Program-made: the position numbers and the translations under genes
The notes under the pieces: model-generated
Seen by the model: the letters and a program-made list of their open reading frames with translations, nothing else
Databases searched by the model: none
Told to the model about the DNA's origin: nothing
Shown here: positions 6,963 through 15,548 of the stretch, piece by piece
Layout: every line of letters starts with the position of its first letter
Position numbering within the stretch: the first letter of the stretch is position 1
IMG/VR virus record: IMGVR_UViG_3300046820_000193
Location: 1 to 35,998 of that record
Direction: 5' to 3' (one strand)
DNA from: a virus
Taxonomy: Duplodnaviria > Caudoviricetes
DNA length: 35,998 nucleotides

Positions 6963-9451
6963 AAGCTGCTAAATTTTACACCAACAAAAATTTCTCTGTT
7001 ATTCCTATTGGAGATAATAAAAGGGCTATCTTTCCCTGGACTGAGTACCAAACTAATATAATGGATGATGCCACACTAAAGCACCAGTTCACAAATGAGC
7101 GCTGCAAGAATATAGCCATCATAGGTGGCGCAGTCTCTGGTGGACTAGAGATTATAGATGTAGATTTAAAATATGATGTGTCTGGTAATTTATGGACCAG
7201 GCTACAAGATGCTTTATCTGATCTATTGCCTTTGCTTTATATCGTACGCACTAAGTCTGGTGGCTACCATCTGTACTATAGATGCGAAGTAGTAGAAGGT
7301 AATCAAAAGCTAGCCATGCGCCATGCTACCAAAGAGGAGCTGAAAGAAACACCACATGCAAAAGAGATCGTATTAATTGAGACCAGAGGTGAGGGTGGAT
7401 ATGTGCTAGCGCCTCCCAGTGATGGCTACACTAAAGAGAAAGAGTTTGAGATTAATGTCATCACATTAGAGCAAAGAGAATCCATCCTATCTATTTGCAG
7501 ATCATTTAATGAAGTGATCAAAGAGGTGCGCACTACTCAAGTAGTGAATGATAGTGATAATTTCAATCTCACACCATGGGATGATTATAATGCTAAATGT
7601 GATGTGGTTAAGCTTTTAGAGCATCATGGCTGGACCTGGATAGAGACCAGAGGTGAGCGTGATTTTCTAAAAAGACCAGGTAAGACTGATAGCCACATAA
7701 GCGCAGATTACCACAGAGGCCTGGGCCTATTTAAAGTATTTAGCACTAGCACTGAGTTTGAGACTAACAAAGGCTACAAGCCATTTGCTATCTATGCTTT
7801 ACTTGAGCATAATAATAATTTTAGCGAAGCTGCAAAGCAATTAATTAAAGATGGCTATGGAGAGCAGAAGTCTAAAGTTTCTGCCAATATTAAGCGTGAC
7901 TACATAAAAAAAAAGGATGAAGGATTAGATGTACGGAATATTGCCGTACATATTGCATCTAGGCATAATATAGATATTGAGCGTGCTGAGGAGATAGTCA
8001 ATGATCTAGAGAATGATAAGTCTGAGAAGATCCTAGCTTTCTGGAATGTGAATGATAAAGGCATCATCACCATAGAGCGCAATAAGTTCCTATCGTTCCT
8101 ATCTGATTATGGTGGCTTTTATATCTACTACTATGATAATAAGCTCAACTATAAGCTAGTGAAGATAGAAGATGGATTTGTCTCTGAGACTAACACAGAG
8201 CAAATTAAAAAGTTTATTAATAATTACATTGATGGACTGCCTAGCCAGTTTGATGGCATCACACCAGGTAGGCTTAGAGAGATCATATACAAAGGCGCAG
8301 ATGCTTACTTTAATAAGTCTCTATTTGAGTTTATGCCTAACATCAAATTAAATCTTTTAAAGCATACTAAGCAAGCTGCCTACTACCCATTTAAAAATGG
8401 TGTGGTAAAGATCACTAAGAATAAAAAGGAGCTTTTAAAATATGGAGATATTGGTGCGCATGTATGGAAAGATCAAGTGATAGATTTTAATATAGACATA
8501 GAGAATGATATAGACTTTAACTATGTCCAGTACACTAAGTTTATTGAGAAGGTATCTAATGATGATCCAGATCGTGTGGCTTATTGCATTGCACTTATAG
8601 GCTATCTGCTGCACACCTATAAAGATCCTACAAAGTCTTATGCAGTGATCCTAGCAGAAGAGACTGAGAACGAGGCAGAAGGTGGTGGAGCTGGTAAGGG
8701 TATATTTTTTAAGGCTATTGGTAAGATGATTAACCTGGTGTCTATAGATGGTAAAAACTTTAAGTTAGACAAAAGTTTCGCATTTCAAAGAGTTGAGCTT
8801 TCAACTCAACTCATTGTCATTGAGGATTGCCGTAAGAATGTAGATTTTGAAGGCTTTTACTCTAAGATCACAGAAGGTGTCACCATAGAAAAAAAGAATA
8901 AGGATGAGATATATATTAACTATAATGATGCGCCTAAGTTTGGATTTACTACTAACTACACTATTAACTATAGCGGTGGGCATGGTAAGAGAAGAGTACG
9001 CATTATAGAATTTAGCTCATTCTTTAATCATAAGAATACACCTCTGGACTATTTTGGTAATGCTTTATTTAATGACTGGGATCGTGATGAGTGGAATCGT
9101 TTTTATAATTTCATGGTAGAATGCGTGCAAATTTATCTTGAGAATGGTATTCCCCAGCTTGAGAATACATTTACTATCAATCGTAAGAATATAAAGCTTA
9201 ACTTTGGAGAGGATTTCTTAGCTTACTATGATGACCTGGTAAGAGATCAGTGGAGAGAGTTTGGAGCAGAGTACACCAGCTTTCTTAATATCAATGATCT
9301 TGATAAAAAGGATTATAGTCAAGTAAGGTTTAAGAAGGGCCTATCTGTGGCAGCAGACATATTAGGAGACAAAATGGAAACAAGAAGAAATAGACAAAAT
9401 AATAACAAACATGAGTTTAAAATCTTATCTAGATCCGATGGCAGCTTTTGA
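6956..9451 (+). CDS. Bifunctional primase-polymerase fused to an SF3/D5-like helicase
   Basis: Prim-Pol motifs IIDVD, RTKSGGYHLYY, IETRGEGGYVLAPPS. C-terminal P-loop GGGAGKG, VIED, FTTN, RRVR. Confidence 0.88.
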   Translation: MLKAAKFYTNKNFSVIPIGDNKRAIFPWTEYQTNIMDDATLKHQFTNERCKNIAIIGGAVSGGLEIIDVDLKYDVSGNLWTRLQDALSDLLPLLYIVRTKSGGYHLYYRCEVVEGNQKLAMRHATKEELKETPHAKEIVLIETRGEGGYVLAPPSDGYTKEKEFEINVITLEQRESILSICRSFNEVIKEVRTTQVVNDSDNFNLTPWDDYNAKCDVVKLLEHHGWTWIETRGERDFLKRPGKTDSHISADYHRGLGLFKVFSTSTEFETNKGYKPFAIYALLEHNNNFSEAAKQLIKDGYGEQKSKVSANIKRDYIKKKDEGLDVRNIAVHIASRHNIDIERAEEIVNDLENDKSEKILAFWNVNDKGIITIERNKFLSFLSDYGGFYIYYYDNKLNYKLVKIEDGFVSETNTEQIKKFINNYIDGLPSQFDGITPGRLREIIYKGADAYFNKSLFEFMPNIKLNLLKHTKQAAYYPFKNGVVKITKNKKELLKYGDIGAHVWKDQVIDFNIDIENDIDFNYVQYTKFIEKVSNDDPDRVAYCIALIGYLLHTYKDPTKSYAVILAEETENEAEGGGAGKGIFFKAIGKMINLVSIDGKNFKLDKSFAFQRVELSTQLIVIEDCRKNVDFEGFYSKITEGVTIEKKNKDEIYINYNDAPKFGFTTNYTINYSGGHGKRRVRIIEFSSFFNHKNTPLDYFGNALFNDWDRDEWNRFYNFMVECVQIYLENGIPQLENTFTINRKNIKLNFGEDFLAYYDDLVRDQWREFGAEYTSFLNINDLDKKDYSQVRFKKGLSVAADILGDKMETRRNRQNNNKHEFKILSRSDGSF

Positions 9452-9539
9452 GAAGTGGCTAAGTAAAAATCCAAATGGAGGGATTTTTGAGTACTTTGGC
9501 CAAAAATTCATTATTAAGCCTAAAAACCGAGTACATTGA
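9438..9539 (+). CDS. 33-aa hypothetical protein (not in ORF track)
   Basis: MAAFEKWLSKNPNGGIFEYFGQKFIIKPKNRVH*, overlapping the primase stop. Confidence 0.45.
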   Translation: MAAFEKWLSKNPNGGIFEYFGQKFIIKPKNRVH

Positions 9540-9757
9540 GTACAAACCGAGTACATCCAAACTAAATGATAATCAATTAGTTATAAGGTCTGTACTCGGT
9601 GTACTTAATTTAAGTAGATTTTTTGTTGGTCCTCATTTTTTTAAGAGATAAAGTTTTTATTAGTTCAATTTTTTTAGGGTAAAGTGAGTACATTAGTACA
9701 AAATATAGGTTAAATGATTGATAATGAATAAGATAGAAAAAAATAAACCGAGTACAT
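9489..9757. repeat. Iterated (AAACC)GAGTACA(T) repeats; putative replication origin
   Basis: AAACCGAGTACAT at 9524, 9544, 9745; inverted TGTACTCGGT at 9591; shorter cores at 9489, 9538, 9601, 9686, 9695; T-rich spacer. Confidence 0.7.
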
Positions 9758-10272
9758 GCAATGAGATGATAGAATTTATCTATAATCACCCAGAAATCTG
9801 TAGGCTGATCAAGTCTGTGCATCCTCTGGATCTGCAAGATGATCTAAAGCAAGAGATGGCTTTAGCGCTACTTAATATGGATTGTGATAAGATCAAATCT
9901 ATTTATGATTCTAATGGTTTGATAGGTTTTTCTATTAAGATTATTACTAATATGGCATTTAGTTCTACCAGCAGATTCTATAAAAAATTTAGGCAATCTG
10001 ATTATGATAAGGCAATAGAATATTTAAGATGCCAAACTAAATTACCAGAATTAAATCCTAAATTTGCTACCATAGCAAGCCAGAGATTATATGATAAGCA
10101 TGCTGAGGATGAGATGCATGCACATGAGGCTATATTATTTACTAAGTATGTGGAGGTAAGATCATGCAAGAAAGTAGCTGAGTTTTATAATATACCAGAG
10201 AAACATGTGAAAGATATTATTAGAAAGACCAGGGCAGAATTAAAACATATTTGTATAACTAAAACTTTATAA
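9718..10272 (+). CDS. Sigma-factor-like (ECF / region 2 and 4) late transcription regulator
   Basis: QDDLKQE (region 2-like) and C-terminal HTH SCKKVAEFYNIPEKHVKDIIRKTRAEL, placed at the head of the late region. True start may be ATG 9766. Confidence 0.65.
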   Translation: MIMNKIEKNKPSTCNEMIEFIYNHPEICRLIKSVHPLDLQDDLKQEMALALLNMDCDKIKSIYDSNGLIGFSIKIITNMAFSSTSRFYKKFRQSDYDKAIEYLRCQTKLPELNPKFATIASQRLYDKHAEDEMHAHEAILFTKYVEVRSCKKVAEFYNIPEKHVKDIIRKTRAELKHICITKTL

Positions 10273-10273
10273 G

Positions 10274-10513
10274 ATGATAACAATAGCATTAGCTGGATTC
10301 TTTTTTGCTTATTACTTTGTGAATGTGGCCAAAATAATTTACTTTATAAAAAAGGTATGGCACATCCCATTTGAGCAAAGGATCAAACCATTTGACTGCG
10401 TGACATGCCTAAGCGTGTGGATGTCTGTAATGTTTTATTTCTTGCCATTTGAAGTGAGCCAGTTTGTGGCTATCATATTTGGCGCTGGATTTTTAGGTCA
10501 AAAAATTAAATAA
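10274..10513 (+). CDS. Small membrane protein with CxxC (DUF1360-like)
   Basis: Hydrophobic segments and KPFDCVTCLSVW. Confidence 0.6.
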   Translation: MITIALAGFFFAYYFVNVAKIIYFIKKVWHIPFEQRIKPFDCVTCLSVWMSVMFYFLPFEVSQFVAIIFGAGFLGQKIK

Positions 10514-10514
10514 T

Positions 10515-10682
10515 ATGAAACCAGCAATAGATAATTTATTAGATTGGCTTAAACAATATGAAGGAAAAATGATTTCAGCAGACCAGGTGATATTAGAAGC
10601 ACAAACATTAAAAAAACAAGAATGGGAAGAGGTAATGAAAGCTTATGATAAATGGTTACCATATAATAATGAAAATAAATAA
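10515..10682 (+). CDS. 55-aa hypothetical protein (not in ORF track)
   Basis: MKPAIDNLLDWLKQYEGK...NNENK* fills the gap between its neighbours. Confidence 0.65.
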   Translation: MKPAIDNLLDWLKQYEGKMISADQVILEAQTLKKQEWEEVMKAYDKWLPYNNENK

Positions 10683-10684
10683 AC

Positions 10685-10810
10685 ATGGCAAAGGCAAAAG
10701 GCAATGATTCAAAAAAGCAAACATTTGGCAAGCGCAAATGTGGATCACCAAAAAAGAGTTATAACAAACATACACCAAAACCAAAAGCATATCGTGGCCA
10801 GGGAAAATAA
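10685..10810 (+). CDS. 41-aa Lys-rich protein ending YRGQGK (not in ORF track)
   Basis: MAKAKGNDSKKQTFGKRKCGSPKKSYNKHTPKPKAYRGQGK*. I recognise the YRGQG(R/K) ending from small basic phage proteins. Confidence 0.75.
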   Translation: MAKAKGNDSKKQTFGKRKCGSPKKSYNKHTPKPKAYRGQGK

Positions 10811-10814
10811 CACA

Positions 10815-11819
10815 ATACAAGTACTGGGCATTAGCCAGAAGGTGAGCGGATGTGGATGGCATAGAGTGCTATTACCATTAGCATTCTTACCAGATTCATA
10901 CAATCATGTATGCAATGTACCTACAGAAGAGATCCTACAAGAAAGGCAATTTGATATACTATTGTATAACAGATTCTCTCCATTTGATCAAAACTGGGAT
11001 GAGACAAAGAAGCACTTTAAAATAGTGATGGATATGGATGATGACTGGGATCTGCCCTATAATCATCCATTGCATAAATTCTATGCACCTCAAAGAGAGC
11101 GAGTGATCAATAACATTAAGTATGCTGATCTGGTGACATGCACTAATGAAAGGCTGGCGCAGAAGTTAAGAAAATATCATGATAAGGTAGTAATACTACC
11201 AAATTGCATACCATTAGGCCAGCACCAGTACACAGAGGATAAGAAGCCTAGTGATAAGGTGAGAATATTCTGGGCTGGTGGATCTACGCATATGGATGAC
11301 ATCAAGCTATTGAGAGGACCAGTGAAGAGACTACATCACTTTGATAATATAGAGATGGTGCTAGGTGGGTACACAGATAGTGATCCAGTGAGTAAGCAGT
11401 ACTGGGATCAGCTATGGAGCTTGTTCACAGATGGTGGCAGACTACCAAATAAGAAGCTTGCAAGCACTTTGCCTAATGCATACATGAGCCATTTTGAAGA
11501 GGCAGACATAATGCTCATACCTTTGCAAGATAGTGAGTGGCATGGATGCAAAAGCAATCTAAAGATATTAGAGGCAGCAAGTAAGAGAGTGCCATGCATA
11601 GTGAGTAAGGTAGAGCCATATAGCATGGATGCAGATGCACCAGTGCTATGGGTGGAGAGCCAAAAAGATTGGTATAAACATTTAACATATTTAATTAACA
11701 ATCCAGAGGAAAGGATCAAGATGGGTAATGATCTTTACAACTGGGCCAAAACAAAGTACAACTATGAGCATATCAGTAAAGTTAGAAGAGAAGCATATGC
11801 AGACCTTATTAAAGCATAA
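10815..11819 (+). CDS. GT-B fold glycosyltransferase (GT4-like)
   Basis: SGCGWHR..P, MDMDDDW, ADLVTCTN..L, PNCI, WAGGSTH..D, CKSNLKILEA motifs. Start uncertain (track 10704; likely near 10815). Confidence 0.85.
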   Translation: MQVLGISQKVSGCGWHRVLLPLAFLPDSYNHVCNVPTEEILQERQFDILLYNRFSPFDQNWDETKKHFKIVMDMDDDWDLPYNHPLHKFYAPQRERVINNIKYADLVTCTNERLAQKLRKYHDKVVILPNCIPLGQHQYTEDKKPSDKVRIFWAGGSTHMDDIKLLRGPVKRLHHFDNIEMVLGGYTDSDPVSKQYWDQLWSLFTDGGRLPNKKLASTLPNAYMSHFEEADIMLIPLQDSEWHGCKSNLKILEAASKRVPCIVSKVEPYSMDADAPVLWVESQKDWYKHLTYLINNPEERIKMGNDLYNWAKTKYNYEHISKVRREAYADLIKA

Positions 11820-12006
11820 GCATTTTTATGATCTATTTATTAAGAGCGGTGAGCTGGTAGGATTTACGCATGAGATCCAGAACGAGCTGCTTGAAGTGTA
11901 TAAGCTGGTAGATCCGATCTATACTTATAATAACAGATGTGGCGCATGCGTGGGTACATTCTTAGTGAATGTCTATAAAACATTTAAAGATCAAATAGCG
12001 CTATGA
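11764..12006 (+). CDS. Hypothetical protein with CxxC (CGAC)
   Basis: ORF overlapping both neighbours; NNRCGACV. Confidence 0.65.
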   Translation: MSISVKLEEKHMQTLLKHKHFYDLFIKSGELVGFTHEIQNELLEVYKLVDPIYTYNNRCGACVGTFLVNVYKTFKDQIAL

Positions 12007-12494
12007 ATTATATACATCCGTCTGCGATTGTTTACGACAATGTTAAATTGATTGGAGATAATATCTACATTGGACCATACTGCATCATAGGCGCACCAGC
12101 AGAGCATAAGGCTTTCTGGGATAAGCCATTAGGATCAGTAGTGATAAATGATGGATGTGTGATTACTGGGCATGTGACTATAGATGCTGGCACTACATCA
12201 CCTACCTACATTAGTAATGATGTATGGATGTTAAAGCATGCGCATGTGGGCCATGATTGTTTTATAGGTCCAAATGTGGTGCTATCATGTGGAGCAAAGA
12301 TCGGAGGGCATACTATAGTACATAATAAATGCAATGTAGGACTAAATGCAGTGATCCATCAAAAGATGGAGATAGCGCCAGGATGCATGATCGGTATGGG
12401 TGCAGTGGTAACTAAAAAATTAATAACTAAGCCTTACCAGAAATATGCTGGCAATCCAGCAAAGTGGCTAGGCCCAAATGAGCCAAATAAGTAA
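12003..12494 (+). CDS. Left-handed beta-helix acyl/acetyltransferase (LpxA/PglD-like)
   Basis: Hexapeptide repeats IHPSAIV, IGPYCII, HVGHDCFIG, IGMGAVV, and terminal AGNPAK. Confidence 0.9.
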   Translation: MNYIHPSAIVYDNVKLIGDNIYIGPYCIIGAPAEHKAFWDKPLGSVVINDGCVITGHVTIDAGTTSPTYISNDVWMLKHAHVGHDCFIGPNVVLSCGAKIGGHTIVHNKCNVGLNAVIHQKMEIAPGCMIGMGAVVTKKLITKPYQKYAGNPAKWLGPNEPNK

Positions 12495-12575
12495 TTTAAT
12501 CGGACCAGATATGTCCAGTTTTTGATGCGATTAACTTGACAAAATCAATTAAAAAGTAAAGCTAAATATTTACAA

Positions 12576-13187
12576 ATGAAAGTACTAATAGCATGTCTGG
12601 TGTATGGCAATAGGCCGCTAGATATATTACAAGAGAACATTAAGAGCGCTGGCTATCCAGCAGACTATGTACTTATCAATAGAGAGGGCATAGCTAATGC
12701 ATTGAATGAAGCCATAGACATAGCTGGTGCAGATGAGTATGATGCGATAGCCTATCTAGCGAATGACATCAAAGAGCCAGAGAACTGGCTAGCTAAAAAG
12801 GTGGAGGCCTTAACAAGCTACCCATTTGCTGGGATCGTAGCAAGCAGCTTAGACAATGTAAGATATACTGCCCAGAGCGAGCATATCATATCAAACTGGT
12901 TACTATCAATGAAGGTAGTAAACACTATTGGTATATTCAATGAGCAGATGTTTCCTTATGGCCCAATAGACCTGGACTATTGCGAGCGTGCCAATCTAGC
13001 TGGATTTTATACATACTATGTGATAGACTGCATGGCAGAGCATATCGGATCGCATGCAAATGGTAATGAGTATGGATGGGATAAAGGTGAGCTGGTGAAT
13101 AAGTACTGGCAGATGCATGTGGATGATATTACTGCTTATAGAAACGGATCAAAAAATTTAAAGATATGGAAACAAGAGAACATGTAA
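12576..13187 (+). CDS. GT-A fold glycosyltransferase (GT2-like)
   Basis: GIANALNEAI, LANDI (DxD variant), IGIFNEQMFPYGPIDLDYCERA, EHIG. Confidence 0.75.
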   Translation: MKVLIACLVYGNRPLDILQENIKSAGYPADYVLINREGIANALNEAIDIAGADEYDAIAYLANDIKEPENWLAKKVEALTSYPFAGIVASSLDNVRYTAQSEHIISNWLLSMKVVNTIGIFNEQMFPYGPIDLDYCERANLAGFYTYYVIDCMAEHIGSHANGNEYGWDKGELVNKYWQMHVDDITAYRNGSKNLKIWKQENM

Positions 13188-13600
13188 CTAGGAAATTTAA
13201 GGATATAGATGAAGAGAAGCTAATGGATCTAGCGTATGCATATTGTGATGATTGCATGAGTGGTACTAAAGAAGTGGCTACTGGATCTGGTAAGATCGTA
13301 TCTATTAGAGATAGATTTGTGCCAACGATAGATTATTTCTTACATCACTGGCTAAGAAAGCATGAGTTTGAGTTCTACACTAAGATGGGCCTATGGAAAG
13401 TAAGACAAGATCCTACGCATCCTTATCATGACATATCCAATAAGATAGTAGATATGTTTAAGGCATTGGCTACAGATATAGTAGCAAATGAAGGTAAGGC
13501 TATCTTCTATGCAAAGAATGCTTTAGGCATGACTGATAGAGCAGTAACTGAGAATACAAACATAGATACTATCACAATCAAGTATGAATCTCCAGATTAA
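13166..13600 (+). CDS. Putative terminase small subunit
   Basis: Directly upstream of and overlapping TerL; PTIDYF and AIFYAKNALGMTD motifs. Confidence 0.7.
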   Translation: METREHVTRKFKDIDEEKLMDLAYAYCDDCMSGTKEVATGSGKIVSIRDRFVPTIDYFLHHWLRKHEFEFYTKMGLWKVRQDPTHPYHDISNKIVDMFKALATDIVANEGKAIFYAKNALGMTDRAVTENTNIDTITIKYESPD

Positions 13601-14750
13601 GTTACCTAAGCCACACCAGGCTCAAAAGGCAGTTTTGGATAGTGATGCTAGATTTAGGGTGATGATGTGTGGGCGAAGGTTTGGTAAATCTTTGATTAGC
13701 CAGAATGTATCTATAGAGTGCGCATTGCATAGGCAGAGCATTGCATATATCACACCTACCTACCAGCTAGGTAAGACATTCTTTAAAGAGATATGCAAAC
13801 TATTACCAGAGAAGATATACAAAAAGAATGAGACTGATCTAATGATCAATTTTGTTACTGGTGGATCTATTAGATTTTTTACTGGTGAGAGATTGGATGC
13901 GCTGAGAGGTTTGAAGTTCCACCTGGTGATCATAGATGAGGCCAGCTTTATATCTAATCTAGAGGAAGGCTGGAATAATAGTATCAGACCTACACTAACA
14001 GACTACAAAGGTAAGGCTATCTTTTTAAGCACACCTAGAGGTAAAAATTACTTTTATAGCCTATTTATGCGTGGTGGTGAGCCAGACTGGGAATCGTTTA
14101 AATTTAGCACTTATGATAATCCTTTCATTGATCCATCTGAGATTGATGCTGCCAAAGCTCAGCTCCCTAGTGTCGTATTTAAACAAGAGTACATGGCAGA
14201 TCCTATGGAGAATGCCTCTAATCCGTTTGGATCTGAATTTATCCAGGCTTGCACCAGATCATCATCTGGGGTGGCTGCTTATTACGGAATTGACCTGGCT
14301 AAGTCTGTGGACTGGTCTGTCATCATAGGACTAGATAAGAATGGCAATGTGGTGCATTTTGATAGATTCCAAAAAGATTGGATGCAAACAAAAGAGACTA
14401 TTTTAAGGCTGCCTAAGAATGTGCCTATCGTAATTGATAGTACTGGTGTGGGTGATGCCATAGTAGAGGACCTACAAAAGAAGTTTAACCAGATGCATGG
14501 GTTTAAATTCACCAGCGTGAGCAAGCAGCAGCTTTTAGAAGGTTTGGCTAGTGCCATCCATACAAAGCAGATAAGCTTTCCAGAAGGGCCTATAAAGGGC
14601 GAGCTTGAGGTATTTGAGTACACCTTCACACCTACTGGGGTTAGATACTCAGCTCCTCAGGGATTTCATGATGACTGCGTGATAGCTTTGGCTCTGGCAA
14701 ATAAGTGCAGAAATGATCATAAGCTGGTAGGTAAATACCATGTTATATAA
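13584..14750 (+). CDS. terL: Terminase large subunit
   Basis: PHQAQ, GRRFGKS, VIIDEA, LSTPRG, QEY; nuclease GIDLA, IDSTGVG, HDDCVIALA. Confidence 0.95.
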   Translation: MNLQIKLPKPHQAQKAVLDSDARFRVMMCGRRFGKSLISQNVSIECALHRQSIAYITPTYQLGKTFFKEICKLLPEKIYKKNETDLMINFVTGGSIRFFTGERLDALRGLKFHLVIIDEASFISNLEEGWNNSIRPTLTDYKGKAIFLSTPRGKNYFYSLFMRGGEPDWESFKFSTYDNPFIDPSEIDAAKAQLPSVVFKQEYMADPMENASNPFGSEFIQACTRSSSGVAAYYGIDLAKSVDWSVIIGLDKNGNVVHFDRFQKDWMQTKETILRLPKNVPIVIDSTGVGDAIVEDLQKKFNQMHGFKFTSVSKQQLLEGLASAIHTKQISFPEGPIKGELEVFEYTFTPTGVRYSAPQGFHDDCVIALALANKCRNDHKLVGKYHVI

Positions 14751-14754
14751 AAAA

Positions 14755-14765
14755 TATATTTAATA
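14755..14765 (+). promoter_or_regulatory. Candidate late promoter TATATTTAATA
   Basis: The same 11-mer recurs at 22616-22626; both lie just upstream of late-gene ATGs. Confidence 0.5.
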
Positions 14766-14769
14766 GAGT

Positions 14770-15408
14770 ATGAAATTAACTATTGACAAATTCCAGAGGC
14801 TTAATGCCATAGCTAGTCTTGAAGAGGATGAGCTAGAGAAAGCAGCTAAGATGGTGCAGATATTGCTAGATAAATCTAGTGAGGAGATAGATAAGATGCC
14901 ATTAAAAAAGTTTGCAAAGCTTTGTGATAAGCTACAGAAGGCATTTGATCTAAAGGTCCAAGTAGAGACAATGAAAGCTCCTAAAAACTTAATAGAGGCA
15001 AATGGTAATGTATATAGTCTGAACTTTGAGATTAAGAAGCCATTTAATACTGGTAGGTATATTGAGGTATTGACATTTAGCAAATCTGATCCTATCAATG
15101 ATATGCATAATATCCTGGCTAGTATCTGCACACCTATGAAGTGGAGCTGGTGGAAAATGACCTATGTGCCTATGCCGTTTGATGTGGATAAGCATGAGCA
15201 ATATGCAGATGATATGAGGCAAGCTGATTTTAGACATGGCTATAATGCAATGGTTTTTTTTTGCATACTCTTAGCGGATTTAACGAACAATACAGAGGCC
15301 TATTCGGACTTGCTGATGAAAATGATGAGGCAGAACAAAAAGAGACTAAAAATGCTGAGAGTGTATTCACAGAAAATTTCGGATGGATATACTCAGCAAA
15401 GCAAGTAG
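14770..15408 (+). CDS. Putative tail assembly chaperone (frame 0 product)
   Basis: Helical protein with a GG-T9 slippery run at 15252-15262. Confidence 0.55.
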   Translation: MKLTIDKFQRLNAIASLEEDELEKAAKMVQILLDKSSEEIDKMPLKKFAKLCDKLQKAFDLKVQVETMKAPKNLIEANGNVYSLNFEIKKPFNTGRYIEVLTFSKSDPINDMHNILASICTPMKWSWWKMTYVPMPFDVDKHEQYADDMRQADFRHGYNAMVFFCILLADLTNNTEAYSDLLMKMMRQNKKRLKMLRVYSQKISDGYTQQSK

Positions 15409-15548
15409 CTGAGATGGAGGGTATTCCTTTAGATGCAGTCTATGATCTATCGGTGATTCAATTTCTAAATGATTTGGCATATTTAAAACAAAAAAGACTA
15501 GTAGATGAGTATCAATATCAACAGAGCGCAAAGAGAAGCTTTAGCTAG
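15261..15548 (+). CDS. -1 frame extension of the 14770 gene (gpGT-like)
   Basis: Reads on from the T9 run in the -1 frame; FTENFGWIY...QFLNDLAYLK looks protein-like. Confidence 0.6.
   Translation: MHTLSGFNEQYRGLFGLADENDEAEQKETKNAESVFTENFGWIYSAKQVAEMEGIPLDAVYDLSVIQFLNDLAYLKQKRLVDEYQYQQSAKRSFS

Noticed and set aside
7905-7915. Poly-A run in the primase gene as a frameshift site
   Set aside because: The ORF is intact through the run (IKKKD) and no alternative-frame partner ORF is evident.
9561-9585. AATGATAATCAATT as a Fur box
   Set aside because: Only a partial match, embedded among origin-like iterons, with no iron-related genes nearby.
12003-12494. True lpxA (lipid A biosynthesis) auxiliary gene
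   Set aside because: Only 163 aa and it ends just after GNPAK, lacking the LpxA C-terminal helical domain; generic beta-helix acyltransferase is the safer call.
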